This document shows, one piece after another, positions 58,187-64,000 of a stretch of DNA of 64,000 bases. The translations under genes were made by a program, and so were the position numbers. Source of the DNA: Desulfuromonadaceae bacterium (lineage in GTDB: Bacteria; Desulfobacterota; Desulfuromonadia; Geobacterales; Pseudopelobacteraceae). The notes below the pieces were generated by a model. The model worked only from the letters and a program-made list of their open reading frames with translations. It searched no databases and was not told the DNA's origin. The stretch's first letter is position 1; the number at the start of each line of letters is the position of its first letter. The stretch lies in contig JAQTQX010000019.1 of NCBI GenBank assembly GCA_028712075.1, forward strand, positions 25,896 to 89,895, read 5' to 3'.

Positions 58187-59281
58187 CTATACATTAAAGC
58201 GGAAGTGCATGACATCGCCATCCTTGACGACATACTCTTTGCCTTCCAGCCGCATTAGGCCTTTTTCCTTGGCGCCGCTTTCACCGTTACAGGCAATATA
58301 ATCATTATACGCAATTACTTCGGCGCGAATGAACCCTTTTTCAAAGTCGGTGTGGATCACTCCGGCAGCCTGTGGCGCTTTGGTGCCATTGACAATGGTC
58401 CAGGCGCGCACCTCCTTGACACCGGCGGTAAAATAGGTGATAAGCCCCAGCAGCGCATAACCATTACGGATAAGACGATCAAGTCCGGCTTCAGAGAGGC
58501 CCATGTCATTGAGAAAGTCACTCTTCTCTGATCCGTCAAGCTCGGCAATCTCCGCTTCCAGTTTTCCGCAGATAACAACAACACCGGCGCCTTCGGCAGC
58601 GGCAATATCGTTCACCAGTGCAACGTTCTGGTGATGCCCCTCAAGGTCATCCTCAGCAACATTTGCAACGTACAGCACCGGCTTGTCTGTCAACAGATGC
58701 AGGTCGCGCATCCATATTCTTTCATCTTCATTCTGGGCCACCCCTTGAAGCTTTTTGACCTGTTCGAGCAGAGCACGCACCCGCAGGTAAAAATCGACTT
58801 CCTCTTTGGCCTTTTTATCTCCGCTGCGTGCCATTTTCTCGGCCCGCTGCAATTTTTTTTCAATGGTATCCAGATCTGCAAGAGCAAGTTCGGTATTGAT
58901 AACTTCAATATCGTCGGCAGGGGAAACACGGCCATTGACATGGACAACGTTATCGTCGTCAAAACAGCGGACCACGTGAACTATCGCATCAACGCTCCGG
59001 ATGTGCCCAAGAAACTGGTTGCCGAGTCCTTCACCCTGACTTGCTCCCTTGACCAGTCCGGCGATATCGACAAATTCAATTGTTGTCGGCTGTATCTTTT
59101 GAGGGTTAACGATTGCTGACAGCTGCTCCATGCGTGGATCAGGAACCTGAACAATACCGACGTTCGGCTCAATCGTGCAGAAGGGGTAGTTTGCCGACTC
59201 GGCCCCGGCAGATGTGAGAGCATTAAAGATGGTGGATTTGCCAACATTTGGCAGACCGACAATTCCGCAGTTAAAACCCAT
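58187..59281 (-). CDS. ychF: redox-regulated ATPase YchF
   Basis: [35 protein letters not shown] and a C-terminal TGS-like domain. Confidence 0.95.
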   Translation of the reverse strand: MGFNCGIVGLPNVGKSTIFNALTSAGAESANYPFCTIEPNVGIVQVPDPRMEQLSAIVNPQKIQPTTIEFVDIAGLVKGASQGEGLGNQFLGHIRSVDAIVHVVRCFDDDNVVHVNGRVSPADDIEVINTELALADLDTIEKKLQRAEKMARSGDKKAKEEVDFYLRVRALLEQVKKLQGVAQNEDERIWMRDLHLLTDKPVLYVANVAEDDLEGHHQNVALVNDIAAAEGAGVVVICGKLEAEIAELDGSEKSDFLNDMGLSEAGLDRLIRNGYALLGLITYFTAGVKEVRAWTIVNGTKAPQAAGVIHTDFEKGFIRAEVIAYNDYIACNGESGAKEKGLMRLEGKEYVVKDGDVMHFRFNV

Positions 59282-59284
59282 ATT

Positions 59285-59866
59285 CTATCCTTCCAGATAA
59301 TTCTTGTTATTAAAAAGACTCATTGATTTTGGGAGACCTTCTGTCAGCATCATTTCGAGCATTTCCCAACCTCCATCAAGGATACGAGGCAGCAGTTCCA
59401 TCTGGTCCGGCGGGATTTTCCCAAGAACGTGGCCGGTTGTGTCGCCATGAGGAGCTTTTCCAATACCGATGCGGAGTCGGGTGAAATCGCCTTTGCCCAG
59501 ATTCTCGATAATCGAACGGAGCCCATTGTGTCCGCCATGTCCGCCACCCACCTTGAAACGGATCATCCCGAAGGGGAGATCCAACTCATCATGGACGACA
59601 AGCAGGTTTGCGAGCGGTGCCTTGTAGAATTGAAGGGCAGGCATAACGGAATTTCCTGACAGATTCATGAATGTTTGGGGCTTAAGCAGTATGAGGCGAT
59701 GACCGGCAAAGTTCAATTCCCCGGAAAGCGCGGAGAACGACTTCTTGGAAATGGAAATATTTTCCAGATGTGCAAGACGATCCAAAAAAAGAAAACCCGC
59801 ATTATGGCGGGTCCATTGATAAGTGGGGCCGGGATTGCCCAGCCCCGCAATAATATAGGTGCTCAT
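59285..59866 (-). CDS. pth: peptidyl-tRNA hydrolase
   Basis: IIAGLGNPG..Y..TRHNAGF, KPQTFMNLSG and GGHGGHNGLRSI. Confidence 0.95.
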   Translation of the reverse strand: MSTYIIAGLGNPGPTYQWTRHNAGFLFLDRLAHLENISISKKSFSALSGELNFAGHRLILLKPQTFMNLSGNSVMPALQFYKAPLANLLVVHDELDLPFGMIRFKVGGGHGGHNGLRSIIENLGKGDFTRLRIGIGKAPHGDTTGHVLGKIPPDQMELLPRILDGGWEMLEMMLTEGLPKSMSLFNNKNYLEG

Positions 59867-59883
59867 ATATGCTAATCGATGTA

Positions 59884-60468
59884 CTATTCTGCTTCAGTTG
59901 TTTCTTCCTTGGCTCTGCCAAGAACACTGACAACAGGGATTTTGGCCTGGTCAAGTACGGTTATACCGGCTGGAAGGCTAATCTCGCCCACATGTATCGA
60001 GTGGGCAATCTTCAGGTCAGTGACATCGATTTCAATGCTGTCAGGAATGTTGCCTGGCAGACATTCTATGTGCAGTTCATGGTGAGCAAGATCGAGTAAA
60101 CCGCCTTCTTTCACCCCGATTGCAATGCCTTTAAGAACAACAGGGACCGTGAGACGAAGTTTTTCATTTGGGTTAATACGATGGAGGTCAACGTGCTTGA
60201 AGGTACGTTTGATTGGATCGCGCTGAAGGTCTGCTACAATGGCGATATTCTGATCGAGGCTGCCTCCGCCGATCAGGGTGATCAGGTTATTCTGGCCGCC
60301 AGCACCGGAAATTGCATCCTGAAGGTCGCGGATTTTAACGGTTACCGGAATTGGATCAACACCTTTGCCATATACAACACCCGGTACCATTTCAGCATTT
60401 CTCAGTCTGCGGCTTACGCTTGTACCGGTTTTGGTGCGTAATTCAATATTCATTTGCTTCTGTTGCAT
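59884..60468 (-). CDS. rplY: 50S ribosomal protein L25/general stress protein Ctc
   Basis: R...GTS.SRRLR....VPGVVYG and VDLHRI. ATG 60468 follows a GGAGG RBS. Confidence 0.9.
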   Translation of the reverse strand: MQQKQMNIELRTKTGTSVSRRLRNAEMVPGVVYGKGVDPIPVTVKIRDLQDAISGAGGQNNLITLIGGGSLDQNIAIVADLQRDPIKRTFKHVDLHRINPNEKLRLTVPVVLKGIAIGVKEGGLLDLAHHELHIECLPGNIPDSIEIDVTDLKIAHSIHVGEISLPAGITVLDQAKIPVVSVLGRAKEETTEAE

Positions 60469-60531
60469 AGGTTCCTCCACGTGTAGTGACGGATCAATAC
60501 CGTCCTATTCATAACCAGAATGTAATTGGTG

Positions 60532-61482
60532 CTATAAAAAAAGCGAACTTACGGATTCATCTTCATGGATGCGCCGAATAGCTTCAGCGAGCAAATCGGC
60601 AACTGAAAGCATCCGTATCTTGGGGGATAAATCATTGCCTCTGCCTGGGATGGTGTCGGTCAGAACCACCTCTTCGATATCAGATGAGTTAATACGTTCA
60701 ATGGCGGGGCCAGACAACACGCCATGGGTTGCGCAGGCAAAAATTGCTTTGGCGCCGTTTTCCTTAAGGGCCTTTGCTGCCTGGGTCAGTGTTCCGGCCG
60801 TGTCAATCATGTCATCAAGGATGATGGCTACCTTGTCGCGGACATCACCAATCAGATGCATAACTTCGGCGACATTCGGGCCGGTGCGGCGCTTGTCGAT
60901 TACAGCAAGCGAATATTCCAGTCGTTTGGCAAATGCCCGTGCTCTCTCGGTACCACCGGCATCGGGAGAAACCATGACAACCTGCTCACCGCTGAAGCGG
61001 TCCCTGAGGTAGTTTATAATGACCGGTGCTGCAAACAGATTATCCACCGGGATATTGAAAAAACCTTGAATTTGCCCGGCATGGAGATCAATAGTTACAA
61101 CTCTGTCAACACCAGCGGTTGTAATGAGATCTGCAACGAGCTTGGCGGTGATCGGCGTGCGAGGCGCCGCCTTGCGATCCTGACGCGCGTAGCCGTAATA
61201 GGGAATCACGGCAGTGATGGTTGCAGCAGACGCGCGTTTCAGGGCATCAGTAATTACCAGCAATTCCATCAGATTATCATTGGTTGGCGCACAGGTGGAT
61301 TGAACTACATATACATCGCGACCACGGACGTTTTCACCGATTTCCACCAACACCTCACCGTCAGAGAACCTGCGCACCCTGGCCGCTCCGAGTGGAACGC
61401 CGAGGCTTTCACATATTTTCTGGGTAAGATCAGGATTCGAATTACCGGAAAAAATCTTGATTTTATCGTGCATGTCGGACAA
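60532..61482 (-). CDS. prs: ribose-phosphate pyrophosphokinase
   Basis: [34 protein letters not shown] and DDMIDTAGT. Confidence 0.96.
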   Translation of the reverse strand: MSDMHDKIKIFSGNSNPDLTQKICESLGVPLGAARVRRFSDGEVLVEIGENVRGRDVYVVQSTCAPTNDNLMELLVITDALKRASAATITAVIPYYGYARQDRKAAPRTPITAKLVADLITTAGVDRVVTIDLHAGQIQGFFNIPVDNLFAAPVIINYLRDRFSGEQVVMVSPDAGGTERARAFAKRLEYSLAVIDKRRTGPNVAEVMHLIGDVRDKVAIILDDMIDTAGTLTQAAKALKENGAKAIFACATHGVLSGPAIERINSSDIEEVVLTDTIPGRGNDLSPKIRMLSVADLLAEAIRRIHEDESVSSLFL

Positions 61483-61613
61483 ACGCCTTTCAAAATAGCT
61501 GCAGGGTAGTGATCAGATGCTTAAAGGAGATAATATATACTAAATCATTTATCAAAATGCAACCTACTTTTCAAAAGCACTTATGTGGCGGCTGTTGTTG
61601 ATGATCTGCTACG

Positions 61614-63443
61614 TTATGTCTCCTCAATTATTCCCTCCTGAAGGGCAAATGCAAGAAAATCATCACGCTCATTTTTAGTCAGTACACTGGTAACAGCAAG
61701 ATGCTGATCGCCGTAATCACGAATCTGCTCAATCAACTGTACATAGGGTGCATCAAAGGTTTCGGTACATATCGTTCCGTTGTTGAGGTAGAGTGCCGCA
61801 TGTGATCCTGTAGGCGCGAGGTGTTTATACATCCAGGCAATGTTCGGTTCGCCGCATTCAAGCAACTCGTCAATATCGTAGGTAAAATGAACTATTCTGG
61901 TGGAAGCGGCGACCTTGTAGCGCCCGGAGTTCAGCGTGTCACCAGTTGAATCGGGATGAGCTGCGAGCAGCACTTCAGCATAGTGTCGGTGGTAGCTCAC
62001 AATATCTGATACCAGCGGCAGATATCGCGCCATCTTACCGCCGCTGAAAAGATGCGTAATGAACAGCCGCTGCAGATTCCAGATATCATCATCGTTAAAG
62101 TCAGTTTCTTCTGCCGTGCCTCCATGGCGGGCAATCAGCCACTCACTGAAAAGTTGCAGCACTTCGGACGGTTTCCTGCCAAGAACGGTAATAATAGCGT
62201 TGAACCAGGCAACGGCCTTCCCTCTGGTATAAAAAATGTCACATGCAGCAGCAATGTTGGCGGCTGTTGACATGTCTGCGACGCTGAATGTAACGGAATA
62301 ATCCAGTAGGTAAGGGGCGTGTCTGTTCCAGTGAATGGCGAGAGAATCTCCGCGAGCTGCAAGTCGGGTGCCTGGCAAAACGGCAAGCGGGAAAATATCA
62401 AGATGGTTCGGATACAGCGACAGAGCATAGTCAAGGCTCTTCTGGAAACCATTCAGAGTGTCACCCGGCAGCCCATAGATCAGATCAAAACCGAAAACGG
62501 CACCACTTTCATTGAGCAATCCGACTTTCTCAGAGAAGTCAGATGAATTAAATGATCTGCCGACAAGTTTCAAAACTTTCTGATCGGCACTTTGCAGACC
62601 AATTTGCAGTGAACATGGTATCTGTGAGAAAAGATCTGCCATCTCACGGTCAAAAAATTCACTGCGAACTTCAAAGTGGAAATGAATATTCGGCGCGTGT
62701 TTTTTAATTATCTTCAGGATAGATTTTGCTCGTTTTCTGTCCCGGTTAAATGTTGAATCAAGTACGAATATCTGGGCAACATGTGCATGGCTAAAATGCT
62801 TCAGCTCAGCTTCAACTCTTTCCAACGAAAATAACCGAACGCCATCAACTCCACGGGCATCAAAACAAAAATCACACGTAAAGCTGCATCCGCGTGACAA
62901 TTGCCATAACACGGCCGGATTTGCGGGCGTATCAATAATACCGGTCAAATATGGTGACGGGATTATGTCAAGTTCTGCAAGAGGTGGGGAAGGGGATGAA
63001 ACGGCAGAGCCGGGGAGCATAATGCCGGGAATTGCAGAATACTCACCCCCCTCTGTCAAAGCTTGACAGAATGATAAAAACGGCACTTCGCCTTCGCCAA
63101 TAAATATGAAATCAAAGAGTTTCATGCGTGCAAAAGCTCCAGCATCTGCCGTAACTTCGGGTCCCCCGCACAATAATTTTATTGAGGGGTACGTTTGTCT
63201 GATCTTTGCCGCAATGTCGCAACAAAGCTCCCGATTCCAGAGATAAATTGAAAAACCGAGTGCGTCAGGAAGTGGTTCGACAAGTTTCTCAGCACATGCG
63301 GCTGCCTTTTCATGGACAAAAAAATCAATAAGATCGATTGCAACAGAACAGTTCTCTTGTGCATATGACTTCAAAAACGCGGTAGCCAGCGGAATTGATT
63401 GCGAGGAGCGATAGGGGTGTATTGAAACGAGTTTTACGAGCAT
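61614..63443 (-). CDS. B12-binding-domain radical SAM protein (function unknown)
   Basis: The N-terminus has Rossmann-like B12-binding-type architecture. The radical SAM cluster is LSRGCSFTCDFC, followed by a long C-terminal extension. The start is ATG 63443 or TTG 63464. Confidence 0.8.
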   Translation of the reverse strand: MLVKLVSIHPYRSSQSIPLATAFLKSYAQENCSVAIDLIDFFVHEKAAACAEKLVEPLPDALGFSIYLWNRELCCDIAAKIRQTYPSIKLLCGGPEVTADAGAFARMKLFDFIFIGEGEVPFLSFCQALTEGGEYSAIPGIMLPGSAVSSPSPPLAELDIIPSPYLTGIIDTPANPAVLWQLSRGCSFTCDFCFDARGVDGVRLFSLERVEAELKHFSHAHVAQIFVLDSTFNRDRKRAKSILKIIKKHAPNIHFHFEVRSEFFDREMADLFSQIPCSLQIGLQSADQKVLKLVGRSFNSSDFSEKVGLLNESGAVFGFDLIYGLPGDTLNGFQKSLDYALSLYPNHLDIFPLAVLPGTRLAARGDSLAIHWNRHAPYLLDYSVTFSVADMSTAANIAAACDIFYTRGKAVAWFNAIITVLGRKPSEVLQLFSEWLIARHGGTAEETDFNDDDIWNLQRLFITHLFSGGKMARYLPLVSDIVSYHRHYAEVLLAAHPDSTGDTLNSGRYKVAASTRIVHFTYDIDELLECGEPNIAWMYKHLAPTGSHAALYLNNGTICTETFDAPYVQLIEQIRDYGDQHLAVTSVLTKNERDDFLAFALQEGIIEET

Positions 63444-63582
63444 TATCAGAGTCTTTCGTATCAACGGAACGTTGCAAAACCAACCGGAAACAACAAATTA
63501 CAGGGGAAAATACCATGGATCATTGACTCCGTACAGAGGAGTTTGCGGTATCTGCACCAATAGATTCTATATCAGAAAAACA

Positions 63583-63611
63583 TTGACACGTCGTATCGAG
63601 TTTGCTACACA
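63583..63611 (+). promoter_or_regulatory. Candidate promoter for tRNA-Ala (TTGACA-N17-TACACA)
   Basis: A perfect -35 and a weak -10, about 15 nt upstream of the mature tRNA 5' end. Confidence 0.3.
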
Positions 63612-63626
63612 GGCAACTCACTTTGT

Positions 63627-63702
63627 GGGGGTGTAGCTCAGCTGGGAGAGCGCTTGGCTGGCAGCCAAGAGGTCATCGGTTCGATCCCGTTCACCTCCAC
63701 CA
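63627..63702 (+). tRNA. tRNA-Ala (anticodon GGC)
   Basis: GGGGGTGTAGCTCAGCTGGGAGAGCGCTTGGCTGGCAGCCAAGAGGTCATCGGTTCGATCCCGTTCACCTCCACCA. It has the G3:U70 alanine identity pair, anticodon loop CTGGCAG and an encoded CCA. Confidence 0.92.
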
Positions 63703-63710
63703 ATAAATTC

Positions 63711-63743
63711 AATGGGTTAGCGTTATGCTGACCCATTTTTTTG
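63711..63743 (+). terminator. Rho-independent terminator after tRNA-Ala
   Basis: AATGGGTTAGC-GTTAT-GCTGACCCATT followed by TTTTTT. Confidence 0.8.
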
Positions 63744-64000
63744 TTGCTGACTATATGTTTCGTATCCTCCCCTGGTCCAAAAGCGATAATCTGCTATTCC
63801 AACACCAGTGCCGGTATATGCTGCTCATCATCTCGGATGTCTGGCTCATTCCGTCATATACGACAGTATTGCCAATTATGACAGCTTTTTTTGCCGATAT
63901 TCTCTTTACGCTGTAGCATCCCAATTCATTTTCTCCCGCGCAATCAGATTGTTACGCTCTCAGCTTTCACAGACCAGCTCTGGCACGTTAGTTGATAGAG

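Noticed and set aside
21025-61509. Long antisense ORFs: 21025-21771, 23575-24252, 26692-27330, 48669-49286, 51530-52426, 54358-55032 and 60724-61509
   Set aside because: Each lies fully opposite a confidently identified gene (sdhC, sdhB, apgM, ctp, response regulator, argJ, prs). Their composition is Arg/Cys/Gly-rich, typical of shadow ORFs in GC-rich DNA.
63981-63996. Sigma-54 promoter TGGCACG-N4-TTGA at the right window edge
   Set aside because: The -12 element reads TTGA rather than the conserved TTGC, and no downstream gene is visible in the window. There is not enough support.
1-64000. Integrase, transposase, IS elements or prophage structural genes that could explain the island
   Set aside because: None of the ORFs shows recombinase or transposase motifs. 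The agent that mobilised the island, if any, must lie outside the window.

Overview
The window has two parts: an accessory island at nt 1 to about 9000, and ordinary core genome from about 9100 to 64000. Gene content suggests a Desulfuromonadales/Geobacter-like anaerobe (b558-type sdh/frdCAB, PEP-CTERM protein, sigma-54 regulators, B12-riboswitch-controlled ThiC paralogue). That is inference only.

ACCESSORY ISLAND (nt 1 to ~9000). This is a compositionally mosaic defence and toxin-antitoxin island.
- An AT-rich, tightly coupled operon encodes a NACHT-type STAND NTPase (frame open to the window edge), two orphan small proteins and a radical SAM/SPASM enzyme. This is my top candidate for an undescribed system.
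- Next come a membrane-anchored NERD protein and an HNH endonuclease.
- The ~105-nt 5' end of that HNH gene recurs three more times as orphan fragments. These fragments delimit unrelated cassettes: a PIN toxin with antitoxin, an AAA/DUF4143 ATPase with an orphan HigA beside a truncated toxin, and a Bro-N fragment.
- No integrase, transposase or CRISPR array is visible.

CORE GENOME (nt ~9100 to 64000).
- Operons: sdhCAB; ffh-rpsP-KH-rimM-trmD-(SPOUT)-rplS-rnhB; prs-rplY-pth-ychF.
- Single housekeeping genes: secA, argJ, trpDC, ettA, tgt, mltG, apgM.
- Regulators: an NtrY/NtrX-like two-component pair followed by a Ctp protease, a hybrid histidine kinase, and a REC-domain response regulator.
- RNA genes: tRNA-Leu(CAA) and tRNA-Ala(GGC).

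Notable items in the core:
- A cobalamin (not TPP) riboswitch sits in front of a ThiC-family gene, which is therefore probably BzaF.
- A solitary Cas6/DUF2276-like protein is coupled to a lipoprotein gene.
- A TatD-radical SAM fusion.
- A secreted PHP-like protein with a His-rich insert.
- A fibro-slime/PEP-CTERM protein next to a Thr-rich lipoprotein.

All calls rest on motif recognition by eye. No database search was run.
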